From Euglena gracilis (lineage: Eukaryota), in contig CP154954.1 of the NCBI GenBank assembly GCA_039621445.1, positions 37,991,703 through 38,055,702 on the forward strand: 64,000 nucleotides of DNA, given 5' to 3'. The translations under genes were made by a program, and so were the position numbers. Under the pieces are notes generated by a model, which saw only the letters and a program-made list of their open reading frames with translations, did not search any database and had not been told where the DNA came from. Positions 36,601-48,845 of this stretch are shown here, piece after piece (positions within the stretch are counted from its first letter, which is position 1; each line of letters starts with the position of its first letter).

Positions 36601-37985
36601 AATCCAGTTCGCATATTGTTTGTTCACAACCGCTTCTGCATTGACTGGCTTTATGCGGGGTTTCAGACATGCCATTATTAGTTTGGTGCAAGAAAAGAAT
36701 TCCCAGGGAGAATTTTTAAGGTTTTTTAAGGTCATCACGGGGAAGAAAAACTTCCCCGGGGTGATTTTTTTTAAGGTTTTTTAAATGTTTTTAAGGTTTT
36801 TTAAGGTTTTTAAAGTTTTTTTTAATGCGCCTTTAAAAAATAATGCTTGGTTAGGGGGGGATTGACCAGGTGAAGGCACCGGAACTTTTTTGCATGGTTT
36901 TGGTCGAAGTTCCTCTTTGAATGCCTTCCCACAACAAAAAAAAAACTTTTTTTATTATGTGGAATTTGACCATCTCAGTTTCCCTGTTTGTGGCTCATTT
37001 TGCTCTTATTCCAACTGTGGGTTCACAGGAATTGGAGAATGTTTGCCTGACGCGGGAGATGCTGGAGAACATCGTGCGGGTGTTCCAGAAATATGACCGC
37101 GGAACCGCATGCATCGCCAAGAATGATTTGGTCCCGCTGTGCCGAGTATGCGCTTTTTTTATTGAGAAAGTTTTAATTACCATTCAGTTTGAGAAATTTT
37201 AATCGCCATTTTTGAAAATCCCCCCAGAAGTGCAGAAGTTCATGACTGAATGAATGATTGTTTTGGCAACTGAACCCTGCCCCACTTTTCTTTGGGCATC
37301 TAGCAAATGGTCCTATTTTTTTTTTGGCGTTGGAGAGGTTTTCTCTCATTTGCTTTCAATGAAAGTTTCTTGGCACATTTCCAAATTGGGACATCGAAAG
37401 TTGTCCAAATATGTCACATACAAGGATAAATAACAAGAAAAACAGTTGCTTTCATGTCGATGATATTTCCGGCCAAAAACACACCCAAATACAGAAATAA
37501 GGCGATTTGGGGGGGGATGGGGTGCCTCATTTTAAATATCCAAATAATGCACCACAGAGGTATGGTGGCTGACCACCAACCAGCTACCCACCCACCCACC
37601 CACCCCCCACGTCACATCTCTGTGGAAAAAAAAAAAGGTTCAAGAGCAGCTATTTTGTTTCAAAGGTGTCCGAATCTCAATAGCAAAAAACTGCAAGAAA
37701 GGATAATTCAAATTGCTGGTTCTCAGTTGCAAACCGCTTTACCTCTGCTGTTTTGCTGTTCATGAGAGTTGTTGCATTTGGAGGAGCTGGATTTTTTTTT
37801 AAATGGTGGCTGGTTCCAGGAGAGTGTTTCTTTTGGTCCCACGCTTCCGCCCCTCTCACTGTGTTCCACCACAGGATTTGGAGTACAAGGTGCAGGCGAC
37901 GGACCTCAATCGGGTGCAGCCCGGCCCCGATGGGCAGATCTCCTTCCGCACCTTCCTGATGTGGTGGCGGGGCGTGGACCTCTGA
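27602..37985 (+). CDS. Alpha-kinase (eEF2K/MHCK family) with C-terminal EF-hand-like pair, 5'-partial (exons 27602-27691, 28484-28535, 29035-29222, 37029-37145, 37875-37985)
   Basis: All introns are GT-AG and phase-compatible. Alpha-kinase C-lobe motifs: AFSHFTY, LVCDIQGV, YTDPQVHS, FGRGNMG, FFATHECNSIC (Zn ligands). These are followed by VFQKYDRG and GPDGQISFRTF EF-like motifs and a TGA. Confidence 0.85.
27768..28430. mobile_element. hAT-like MITE, same family as 2832-3445
   Basis: Shared GGCAGAACGGGAATCGGCCAAACAGCC start and CCCGTTCTGCC end; lies in an alpha-kinase intron. Confidence 0.7.
28484..28535 (+). CDS. Alpha-kinase exon VHSKDQKGFGRGNMGLQ
   Basis: ctgcag| acceptor and |gtttgc donor; GxGNxG motif. 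Confidence 0.9.
29035..29222 (+). CDS. Alpha-kinase exon GINRFFATHECNSICIHLGI...LTDE
   Basis: ccccag| acceptor and |gtctgc donor; HxCxxxC zinc motif followed by a Pro-rich linker. Confidence 0.9.
29621..29934. mobile_element. TIR element with (GGGGTAT)n interior, same family as 12161-13481
   Basis: TIR TGGCACAAAGTGGRGCCCCCA at both ends. Confidence 0.8.
30813..34858. mobile_element. 4.0-kb DNA transposon with perfect 34-bp TIRs and 5-bp TSD
   Basis: TIR CTTAGGCGGCCGGATTCGCACTTAAGCTTTTTTC at 30813-30846 and 34825-34858; TSD AAGCA; interior rich in TGCGCA palindromes. Confidence 0.9.
32251..33294. mobile_element. hAT-like MITE nested in the 4-kb element
   Basis: TIR CAGGCATTATT; perfect 8-bp TSD GCCCTGCC; subterminal (TTTTTTAAGG)n. 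Confidence 0.9.
35356..36849. mobile_element. hAT-like MITE, same family as 32251-33294
   Basis: CAGGCATTA...TAATGCTTG ends; TSD GTTGGGGG/GTTAGGGG (one mismatch). Confidence 0.8.
35788..35969. mobile_element. Short deletion derivative of the CTTAG-TIR family
   Basis: Right end matches 34705-34858; flanked by the 5-bp duplication GTGGA. Confidence 0.7.
37029..37145 (+). CDS. Exon ELENVCLTREMLENIVRVFQKYDRGTACIAKNDLVPLCR (degenerate EF-hand)
   Basis: cacag| acceptor and |gtatgc donor; phase 0/0. Confidence 0.75.
37875..37985 (+). CDS. Terminal exon DLEYKVQATDLNRVQPGPDGQISFRTFLMWWRGVDL*
   Basis: ccacag| acceptor in phase 0; DGxISF EF-like motif; GC3-rich like the kinase exons. Confidence 0.8.
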   Translation, partial: DLEYKVQATDLNRVQPGPDGQISFRTFLMWWRGVDL

Positions 37986-40199
37986 ACTGCCCAATGCAGC
38001 GGTTCGGCCCCTGCTCGTCCTCCACATACGCATCGGCTGACCAGCAAATATTACAAATCCCTGCGATGGCTCGAGCCCTCTTATCTCTATTTCAGAGATG
38101 CCTGACTTCATCACCCTCTTGAACTCGCATATTGTGGAGTATTTTTCTGTTATCCCCTCTTCCCTGCTGACCTCTTTTGACTCGCACATGAATTGTGCAG
38201 GAATTGTGCAGGCAGATGAATCGGCCTCAATAATTGTTGTGTTGTTCACTGAAGACTTCCATGCGCTGTGCGCTTTCTCTACCCACCGAAACTAGCATGT
38301 ATTTGGCTCGCCCACCCCCCAAATTTGTGGCCACAATTTTTTTTTGCTTTAGAGCGGTATTTTTCAAAAAAAATTACTGCGCTCCCATCAGACGGGCACG
38401 TTGCTCTTGTAAGGCCATGCTGTGTTCACCTGGTTGTGTTTGGAGTCCCCTGTGGCGCTTTTTGGTGCACCCCCCTCGGGGGGAAAACCGACCAGGGGAG
38501 GCTCCGCACTCTGCCCTTTTGGGGGCCATGCCACGTTCGCCGGCAAGTGCTGTTTGGGTGGCGCTTTCCTTTCAAACCCTTCCAAAAATCCCCTTCAAGC
38601 TATTCTTCCGGCACTGCGCAAGTGTGACAAATGTCGTGAAGGTCTTTGATGAGATGCGGTCTGGGCTTTCCCCTTTGCCTCGGTCGTGCTGTCTGCTGGT
38701 TGGGGCTGCAGGGCCTCTAGGGGGGCTTTTTTGTTTGGACGGAGTTGTGTTCTTCAGCCGCCAGTTCGACCTAGGCGGGGACAACTCGTTTTCTGGCATC
38801 GGTCCCGCGGGTCTCGGTCATCAACGTGCCTCCCCCCTGAAGTGGAAATTCCACGGGGTGCTCCCGTGGCTGAGCTGGACACTCCGAGGGGGCCGTGGTC
38901 GGGGAGCGCTAGGGGGCCTGAACGGGGCAGACAAGGGCGCAGCACCGTCTGGGTTGGCCGCGCCGAGTGTTATGGGAGTCAACCCCCTTGCGGGCCTCGC
39001 ACCCCAGGGGGTCCTGCCCAGCCCCCACTGGTGGTCATGTCCCTGTGCGAGGGGGGGGCTGGGCTTGTTCGGCTGTGTGGTCGGGGGGTGGACGGAAGAG
39101 ATCAAGAAGGAGTGGCGGCATGGTTCTTGGGCGTTCTCGCATCAAATACGGAGACAAGAAAAAAAGCATCACACAGCCAGCTTTCATAGTGGGGAGTTCA
39201 GGTCAAAAGACGTGGAGCAAAGGACACAGAGCTGGGGAACACAGCAGGGCTGCACTGGTGGGACAGCACGTCCCCGTGGCCGTCGCAACCCTTCCCCCCC
39301 CCAGTTCGTCAGAAATTTCCTGTTTTCAAAAATGACGGCCATGGACCCTGGACACTTGTGGTCAGAGCAAAGCGACGGAGAAGCCACCCAAGGCTCATTG
39401 GGTCATGGGGACCCATCACAGTCATCAATCCAGGAAACATTGTCAGGAGAAGGAAAAACGGGACTGGCAGACTAACCATCACTTTTCTCATCCCCACCCC
39501 TATGGCAGGGGAAATATGACAGGTTCAAAGGGTTCAAGTCAGGAAGGTGGAGACCCTCCTCAAAACGGCCATGGCGGCCATCTATCTACAGGGCCTTGGG
39601 CCCAAGGCTATGGCAGCCATCATTCAAAAGGTCATGGTGCCCATTTTCAAGGACACAGAACCCAGAATCCCAGCAGGGGACCCCAGTGGGGAGAGGTATG
39701 TCCAACTATTCCCCCAGCACCCTCAAAATCATTCCTCCCAGGGGAAGCAAGCCACAGCCAAGACAGGTTGCATCAAATCCCAAAGGGAAATTCAGCCATG
39801 GTGGCTCATCTGGGTACCAAGAGGGAAAAAGAAGGCACAAGAAAAGTGCTGGAGAGAAGGTCAATGGAGACCAAGAAGGCCAGATGGCCCTGAAGGCCAA
39901 TGGAGGCCACTACAATCAAGATCATCGACACCATATCAGCCCTTGGGGGGGAGGCCCAAGATTGGCTACAACAGGGCCCCCCAGAAGATAATCAGCCCTC
40001 ACCCCCCAGCTATATATGTACCTTCCAACCACAGACACAGACCTTCCCCCACCTTTCAAAATCAGGAGGAAAGCCTGTCTTTGAGCAGCCCTATGGCAGG
40101 GCCAGAGGCGACCCCAGTGATGGGGCAGCCAGGGGAAAGGACCGCAGTGATGGGGCAGCCAGGGGAAAGGACCCCAGTGATGGGGCCTGTGGAATCCCC

Positions 40200-41640
40200 A
40201 GACACATTACACCCAGGGGTGACCCCATACAAAGCCCTGCAGGCCAGCATCCCCCATTGGGTCAAGGCAGGAGCCAGAACAGAGGTATTAAACTTAATAA
40301 GGGAAGGGGTCAGGGCAGATCTTCCCCTCCCCCCCCCAGATGTCCTTGAAAGTTCCCTTCAAAACCCCCTAAGTAATAATGACTGCCCAGAAAATTCCGA
40401 GGGAATACGAATGTGCAGGGGCAACCAGGCAAATAACCCCAGAGGATGCAAAACATTTTGTCCCTTATTTTATCATTTCCAAAAAGGAAGGGGGAAAGAC
40501 AAAGGAAAGACTAATTTCAGACTGTCGACAGTTAAATCTCCATTTCACCCCCAGAAGTTCAGATTGGAACACATGGGAAACATCTTCCCATATCTCAGAA
40601 AAGGTTGGTTCTGTGGAAAAATAGATCTGAAAGATGCTTATTTTCACTGAAAGCTGCACAGCAGCCTGGAAAAACATGTTTGCATGCAGGTGGGGGGGAA
40701 ACGTGGCAAATTCAAGCTGCATGTTTTGGTATAAGCAGCCTGCCACAAAAGTTTATGACTCTCATGAGAGACTGGGAAAGAAAATGGAGAAAGGAAGGAA
40801 AGGTAGTTTTCATCTACCTGGACAACATTTTGCTGTTAGCCCCCAGCGAAAAGACAGCAGCCCAACATTTGGCAGAAATGAAAAATGATATCTTACTGGC
40901 AGGTTTCAGAATAAACATCGCCAAATCATGTCTGGAACCAACACAAGAAATAAAGCACTTGGGCCAGTGTATCAATCTGAAAAACGGCCAACTGGAAATT
41001 CCACAGGAAAAACTAAAATCCTTAAGAAAGGAATTATGAAAGGTGCTGACAGCACAAAAAATAAGCTGCAGTAAAACTCAGCTCTATTGCAGGGCAGGTA
41101 AGAAGCTATTTAGTTTCAATGCCTGTCCTCAGAATTCTGGCAGATCAACTTTGCAAAATGGTGGATTTGCACACAAAGTGGGGTTGGGACCACACCTTGA
41201 CCATTCCCCAAGGGTTTAAAGATAAAATTGCGGAGTTAAAGGCATTTTTGCAGCCAGGTTTGGGCAGAGCATTTCAATCCCAGGCCTCTCAGGAAATATT
41301 CTCAGACAGCAGCACCTGGCAATGGGGGGGGGCTGGACAAAGATTCAGGCCAAAAAGTGCAGGAGTTTTGGAGGGACCTGCATGTCCTTCACATCAATCA
41401 AAAAGAGTTGCAGGCTGCAGTGGAAACTGTAAGATCTTTGGCCAAACCAAAGCAAACAATTGTGCTTCATGTGGACAGCCAGGTGGCTGTCAGTTATTTG
41501 ACAAAAAGGGGAGGCAAAAAGCCATACCGAAATTCCATCCTAAAAAACCCTTGTTGTATCATTGTCAGGAAAAACAAATCAATTTGCAGGTGGTTTGGGT
41601 TCCCACAAAAGAACAATTGGCAGACTCCCTGACAAGGGAG
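40200..41640 (+). pseudogene. DIRS reverse transcriptase-RNase H (disrupted)
   Basis: Motifs are spread over ORFs 39547-40650, 40605-41039, 41119-42048 and 41357-41632. Confidence 0.85.
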
Positions 41641-41649
41641 CAAAAAGAC

Positions 41650-42045
41650 CCAGGGGATTATACCCTACACCTGAAAATCTTTCATCAAATTCTTCAATTC
41701 TTCAGAAGGGACATAACCCCAGAGGTGGACATGTTTTGCACCCCCAGCAACAAAAAATTCCCCAAGTTCGTTTGTCGATACCTCCACCAAGAGGCTTTGT
41801 TGGTGGATGCCTTGAGGGCAGACTTCAGGGGCCTCCCCCCAGTTAATGCCAACCCTCCCTGGAGTATCATTACCCAATGGGTTCAGAGATTAATGTTAAA
41901 CCCGGACCTAACTTGTCTGTTGATTGCACCCCGCTGGGCTTCGACATCACGGTGGCGCCAATTAATGTCAATCAGGCAGCCAGGCAGCAAGGTTTTGCTA
42001 GTACCCCCCAATGGGGTCTGTTCACCAACTGATGGGGGGAGGAGA
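41650..42045 (+). pseudogene. DIRS Dam-like N6-adenine methyltransferase domain
   Basis: DYTL...PEVDMFCTPSNKKF...DAL...ANPPWSII...LIAPRW. Confidence 0.85.
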
Positions 42046-42113
42046 TGACCCCCAAAGTGGAATTTGGCCTGCTTGATTGTGTCAGGTAAGTATTACAATC
42101 CCAGGAAGTTTCG

Positions 42114-42960
42114 ATGTCCAGTGTCGACACATACATTAAAAATCTGGGAAATTTCAAAAGATATGACTCAGCCTTCAGGGCATTGGTGGGCCAGCCATTG
42201 CACAAAGGGGTGCCCCTGCAGGACTGCACAGTCCACAGGATGGCTGAGGCCATCCTTGATCTGGTTGCCCACACCCTCAACACTGCACGAAATGCATATG
42301 CAGCAGCCTTATTACTCCCAGGGTTTTGATCGTTGGGGTTTTCCCCTCTTTTGTCTCCATTGAAGAGTAAATGGAATTCCAATGTCTGCCAGTATGCCCA
42401 TTTTTGGACCCCACTGACTTCTTGGAGAACATCATCAGGAAATACAAACCCCTCTCAGACCTATCTGTGAAAGAGCTCAGAAACAGGCTCATCATCTGTT
42501 GGAGGCTGTTGGCCCTGCACAGGGGGGTTGATCTAGGCAGGACACAGCGGAAAATCAGTTTCGTGGGAGAAAAAATTTTCATTTTATTGCAAAGGAAAGG
42601 CTGGCAATTCCCAAGATGGGAAGAAGTTTTGAATTTGCCACACACCCTCCTCATCAGCCCCTGGCATTTTTTTGAAAGAGTATGTGGAAAGGACAGCCCA
42701 CGTGGTTGGACACAAAAATAGTTTGCTATGGTCTTTGGATGGTAAAAGACCTTTGACATCAGAAAGGGTGAATTCCTTGACCAAAGAAATTCTGCAGGAG
42801 GGGGGGGTGGACACCACCCACTGGAAACCCCACAGCACCAGAGGGGCTGGGGTGTTTTGGTGGAAGAATGCGGGGTGCAGTTGGAAGAAGTCCAGCAACT
42901 GGGTCAGTGGAAAAATTTTGGGGCCTTCCAAGCTCATTATTTGAGACTGGGTGTCGTATC
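42114..42960 (+). pseudogene. DIRS tyrosine recombinase (frameshifted)
   Basis: R (LALHRGVD), HxxR (HSTR), W and Y (GQW...HY) catalytic motifs. Confidence 0.85.
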
Positions 42961-43096
42961 AAAAATTCAAACAATTATGGCCCAAAGGGGGGTGAACAGT
43001 ACCTGGCCATCTCGCAGTGCGGAGCCCGAATGATCTCGGACTCCCACGCCACAGGAAAGGGGAGGAAGGGACCAAGAGGGCGAAGCACAAGAAGAT

Positions 43097-46000
43097 CATC
43101 CAAAGACCTATCAATTTATTTTTGTGTCCAACCATGTGGGCTGTCCTTTCCACATACTCTTTCAATAAATGCCAGGGGCTGATGAGGGGGGGTGTGTTTG
43201 GCGAAATCAACATCTCCTCCCATCTTGGGAATTGCCAGCCTTTCCTTTGCAATAAAATGAATTTTTTTTCTCCCACGAACCTCATTTTCCGCTGTGTCCT
43301 GGCTAGATCAACCCCCCTGTGCAGGGCCAACAGCCTCCAACAGATGATGAGCCTGTTTCTGAGCTCTTTCACAGATAGGTCTGAGAGGGGTTTGTATTTC
43401 CTGATGATGTTCTCCAAGAAGTCAGTGGGGTCCCAAAAATGGGCATACTGGCAGACATTGGAATTCCATTTACTCTTCAATGGAGACAAAAGAGGGGAAA
43501 AACCCAATGATCCAAACCCTGGGAGTAATAAGGCTGCTGCATATGCATTTCGTGCAGTGTTGATGGTGTGGGCAAGCAGATCAAGGATGGCCTCGGCCAT
43601 CCTGCGGACTGTGCAGTCCCGCGGGGCACCCCTTTGTGCAACAATTGGCGCATCAAAGCCTTGAATGCTGAATCGCATCTTTTGACATTTCACAGATTTT
43701 TTATGTAAGTGTCGATGCTGGACATCGAAACTTCCTGGGATTGTGATATTTGCCTGACACAATCAAGCAGGCCAAATTCCACCTTGGGGGGGCATCTCCT
43801 CCCCCCAGCAGTTGGTGAACAGACCCCATTGGGGGGTACTGGCAAAACCTTGCTGCCTGGCTGCCTGATTGACATTAATTGGCGCCACCGTGATGTCGAA
43901 GCCCAGCGGGGTGCAATCAACAGACAAGTTAGGTCCGGGTTTAACATTAATCTCTGAACCCACTGGGGGATGATACTCCAGGGAGGGTTGGCATAAACTG
44001 GGGGGAGTCTCTTTAATTCTGCCTTCAGAGCATCCACCAACAAAGCCTCTTGGTGGGGGTAGCAACAAATGAACTTTGGAGAATTTTTTGTTGGTGGGTG
44101 TGCAAAACATGTCCACCTCTGGGGTGATGTGGTTTTTGAAGAAATTCAGAATCTGGTGAAAAATGTTCATGTTCAGGGTGTAATCCCCTGGTTCTTTTTG
44201 CTCCCTGGTCAGGGAGTCTGCCAATTGTTTTTTTGTGGGAACCCAAACCACCTGCAAATTGATTTGCATTTCTTGGCAATGATATAGAAGGGGTTTTAGG
44301 ATGGAATTTAGGTATGGCTTGTGCCTCCCCATTTTGTTAAATAGCTTACTTCTACCTGGCTGTCCACATGAAGAACAATGGTTTGGTTGGGTTTTGCCAA
44401 ATCCATTACAGTTTTCACATCAATTCTTTTTGATTGATGTGAAGGACATGCAGGTCCCTCCAAAAATCCTGCACCTTTGAAGAGAATTTTTGTCCAGCCC
44501 CCCCCCCCATTGCCAGGTGCTGCTGTCTGAGAACAGTTCCTGAGAGGCCTGGGATTGAAATGCTCTGCCCACACCTGGCTGCAAAAATGCCTTTCTCCAC
44601 AGTTTGATCCTTGACCCGTCCTGGGGAATCGTCCCAATCTCACTTTGTGTGCAAATCCACCATTTTGCAAATTTCATCTGTCAGAATTCTGAGAAATGGC
44701 ATTGAGACTAAATAGCTTCTGACTTTGCCCCACAAATGAACTGAGTTTTCTGCAGCTCATTTTTTGTGCTGTGAGCACTTTGCGTAGTTCCTTTCTTAAC
44801 GATTTTAGTTTCTCCTGTGGAATTTACAGTTGGCCTTTTTTCAAATTTAACCACTGACCCAAATTCTATATGTCCTGTGTGGATTACAGACAGGGTTTGG
44901 GGAGGTTTAATCTGAAACCTGCCAGTAAAAGGTCTCTTTTTTATTTCTGCCAAATGCTGGGCTGCTGTCTTTTTGCTGGAGGCTGACAGCAAAATGTCGT
45001 CTAGGTAGATGAAAACCGCCTTGCCCTCCTTTCTCCATTTTCTTTCCCAGACTCTCATGAGAGTCGCCAATTTTTGTGACAGGCTGCTGATGCCGAAGCA
45101 TGCAGCTTGAAACTGCCAGGTTTCTCCCCCCACCTGCATGCAAACATATTTTTTTAAGATGTCGTGCAGCTGTAGATGGAAATATGCATCTTTCAGATCT
45201 ATTTTTCCACAGAACCAACCTTCTCTGAGATATGGGAAGATGTTTACCATGTGTTCCAATCTGATCTTCTGGGGGGTGAAATGGAGATTTAACTGTCGAC
45301 AATTAAAAATTAGTATTTCCTTTGTTTTCCCCCCTTCCTTTTTGGAAATGATAAAATAAGGGACAAAATGTTTTGCCTCCTCTGGGGTTATTTGCCTGGT
45401 TGCCCCTGCACGCTCGTATTCCCTCAGAATTTTCTGGGCAGTCATTATTTCTTGGGGAGTTTTGAAGGGCAGTTTCAAGGACATCTGAGGGGGGAGGGGA
45501 AGATCAGCCCTGACCCATTCCCTTATTAAGTTTAAAACCTCTGGGCTGACTCCTGCCTTGACCCAATGGGGAATGCTGGTCTGCAGGGCTGTGTATGGGG
45601 TCACCCCTGGGTGTAATGTGTCTGGGGATTCCACAGGCCCCATCACTGGGGTCCTTTCCCCTGGCTGCCCCATCACTGGGGTGACCTCTGGCCCTGCCAT
45701 AGGGCTGTTCAAAGACAGGCTTTTCTCCTGATGTGGAAAGATTGGGGAAAGTCTGTGTCTGCATTGTGGAGGTACACGTATAGCTGGCGGGTGTGGGCTG
45801 ATTACCTTCTGGGAGGGCCCTGGTGTAGCCAATCTTGGGCCTCCCCCCAAGGGCTGATGTGATCTTGAGTGCACTGGCCTCCAGTGGCCACTTGAGTTTG
45901 ATTGAACTGGCCTCTATTGGCCTTGAAAACTTGATGCTTCCGCTGGCCTCCACTGGCCTTTTGCAGATAATGGCCTCCATTGGCCTTTATATCTTGGTGA

Positions 46001-46886
46001 TCCCCCTGGCCTCCCTTGGCCCCTTGCATATGATGGCCCCCATTGGCCTTCCCCTGAAGGGGGCGTTGCTTGCTTGGATGGGCAGCTCCTGAGGGGTTTA
46101 TGTTTGAGGGAGCCGTGGGGTAAGTTGGACATACCTTTCCCCCATGGGAGCTTCCCAGGTTTGGACACAGGCTGCCATAGCCTTGCTCATGGGCCCACTG
46201 CCCTCTTGGATGATGGCTTCCATAGCCATGTTTCTGGGCCCCAGGCCTTGTGCAGTGATGGCTGCCATAGCCTTGATTTTGATTTGAATCCTTTGGATTA
46301 AGGCTGCCATAGCCTTTGATTTTTCCCCTGAAAGGGGAGGAACTGAGAAAAAGGCGTGGAGTCTGTTGGAACTGTGATGGTAGTCCCCATCTGTCTTCTC
46401 TTCCTGACCACCGTTGTCTTTGGTCCATGGCCATCAGTTTTAGTGGGGGAGTCTGAATTTTTGAATTTTGAAATCTCTGACGTGCTGGGGGGTGGGGGGG
46501 GGTTGCAATGGCCAGGGACGGACGTGTCGCTGCAGCCCCTCCAGCTTCTGCAGCTGCTGCTGTGACTCCACCTTCCCCAGCTCCAGCTGACTTCGAAGTT
46601 CTTTGAAGTTCTTCTTAAAATTGAGAGGTTCTTTGAATTTTGTTCTTCATGGAAGTCCAGTTGTTGATCTCCGAAGAGTTGAATTCTTTCGTCAGAAAGT
46701 TGAGGCTCCGAAAAAGTTCCGTCCACTTGAGTTCGTAGAAGTAAAATTCTTTCTCCTTGAGGTCGAAGGGCAGAAATAGGAATCAGCCAACTCCGGCAAC
46801 AAAGGAACAGTAAGAAGCATCCCCCGCGCACCAACACACCAGAACAGAACAGGCGGCAAGGAAAGCAGGACCTCACCATCTCGCAG
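43097..46886 (-). mobile_element. DIRS copy B (5' end, gag, RT, RH, MT, truncated YR), tail-to-tail with the + copy
   Basis: ORF 44708-45874 has IDLKDAYFH and YLDDILL; ORF 43690-44043 has YANPPW; ORF 42959-43762 is YR. Confidence 0.9.
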
Positions 46887-48207
46887 TGCGGAGCCCGAAT
46901 GGTCGACGCCTCCTCCGACACCTTGGCGAAGCTGAACCGTCGTGGCCCCGCCCCCCCCTCCACATGATTGCTTGGGTCCCCACCCCACATGATTGCTTGG
47001 CTCCCCCCATCGATGGTTTTCTCTTTCCTGTGTGTCTCTGGGAGGGTTGTTGGGGCTGCTTGGTAGGGGGTCCCCTTTCTGATTGGGATGTTTTTCTTCT
47101 TCTGCTGACTTTTTGGGTGGGAGGGTTGGGCTCACCATCTTCTTGTGCTTCGCCCTCTTGGTCCCTTCCTACCCCTTCCTGTGTCGTGGGAGTCCGAAAC
47201 CATTCGGGCGCCGCACTGCGAGATGGTGAGGTACTGTGCACCCCCCTTTGGGATATAATTTTTTGAGTTTTTGAAACTACCCCAAGGCTCAAAAAATGAG
47301 CTTGGAAGGCCCCAAAAATTTTCCACCGACCCAATTGCTGGACTTCTGCAACTTGCAAACCAGCATTTTTCCACCATAAAACCCCAGCCCCTCTGGTGCT
47401 GTGAGGTTTCCAGTGGGTGGTGTCCACCCCCCCCTCCTGCAGCATTTCTCTGGTCAAGGAATTCACCCTTTCTGACGTCAAAGGTCTTTTGCCATCCAAA
47501 GACCAGAACAAATGATTTTTGTGTCCAACCATGTGGGCTGTCCTTTCCACATACTCTTTCAATAAATGCCAAGGGCTGATGAGGGGGTTGTGTGACAAAT
47601 TCAAAATTTCTTCCCGCCTTCGGAACTGCCACCCTTTCCTCTGCAACAAAATGAAAATTTGTTATCCCACGAAACGGAGTTCTCACTGTGTCCTGGCTAG
47701 ATCAACCACCCTGTGGAGGGCCAGACGCCTCCAACAAATGATGAGTCTGTTTCTGAGCTCTTTCGCGGATAGCTCTAAGAGGGTTTTGAATTTGTGATGA
47801 TGTTTTCTAGGAAATCAGAAGGGTCCCAAAAAGGGGCATAATTGCAGAAATGGGCAAAATTTGGGCCATGTTGATCCTGTGGACCGCAAGATCGAGGAAG
47901 GCGTCAGCCATCCTGTGGATTGTGCAATCCTGCAGGGGCACTCCTTTGTGCAACAACTAGCCCACCAAAGCCCTCAGTGCTGAGTCATATCTCGTGACGT
48001 TTTCCACATTTTTTATGTAAGTGTCGATAAAGGACATCGAAACTTCCTGGGATTGTAATACTTGCCTGACATAATCAAGCAGGCCATATTTCCACCTTGG
48101 GGGCGCATCTCCTCCCACAGCAGTTGGTGAACAGACCCCATTGGGGGGGGGTACCAGCAGAACCTTTGCTGCCTGGCTGCCTGGTTGACATTAATTGGCG
48201 CCACCGT
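46887..48207 (-). mobile_element. DIRS copy A, 3' part (end of MT, YR, 3' terminus)
   Basis: ORF 46873-47649 has HSTRGAG and LGRW; homologous to 41950-43096. Confidence 0.85.
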
Positions 48208-48845
48208 TTTGAGTCGGCTGGAGATTGAAGGAACTGGTTCCACACAGGGGTTACAGTGGTTTGGCATATCATTTTCATTGCCAAGATTTGCGGCGGTCAC
48301 CAAAAGTATGGCTCTTTTTTGTGTAAAGCGCGTTGTGTTCCCTGATGTCCGCCACTCCGTTTCGGAGTGCTCCAAGGCAGCCTAGCCTTCTGTTGAGTTT
48401 TAGAGTGCCCCTGACCCGCCTCACTCGTTAAGGACCACCCGGCTTATCACCCACTCGCCAATTTTTCATGAAAGCGATTTTTGCTTCTTGTTTGGCGTTG
48501 CCAGGGATGCCCCAATGGAGAACGTGCCTGCCAACAGATGCCTTAATGGAAGACGTGTCATTGCAACAGATTCCCTAATGGAAAACGTGTTCATGACCAG
48601 TAAGTTCAGGGCCGGCATTTGGCGGGCTGAGCACGTTTTTAAACGGTGAACGTCAGCATAGGGGGGGGGGTGGCAAAATGACCAAACTCTACTGCCAGAA
48701 TTCCCCATAACCTGCATATCCTCACCCCTCCCCAAAGTGGCCACCCTCTGGGTTTTGTGGTAAGCAGCATCATAGTTCTGGTGCTTTTATCTTTCTTGCT
48801 TCTCCTCCCAAGATTGTAATTGGGCGGCACGACCAAGAGGGTTCC

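Larger units (their letters stand above)
38650..43096 (+). mobile_element. DIRS-type tyrosine-recombinase retrotransposon, degenerate (gag-like, RT, RNase H, MT, YR)
   Basis: RT motifs KIDLKDAYFH, FGISSLP, IYLDNILL; DIRS RNase H motifs FSDSS, HINQKEL, VDSQVA, LADSLTR; MT motifs VDMFC and NPPW; YR motifs HRGVDL, HSTRG, LGQW...HY. Many frameshifts and stops; the 5' end is approximate. Confidence 0.9.

Noticed and set aside
38234-39475. 413-aa ORF
   Set aside because: No recognisable domain; it crosses the 3' flank of the kinase gene and the DIRS 5' region.
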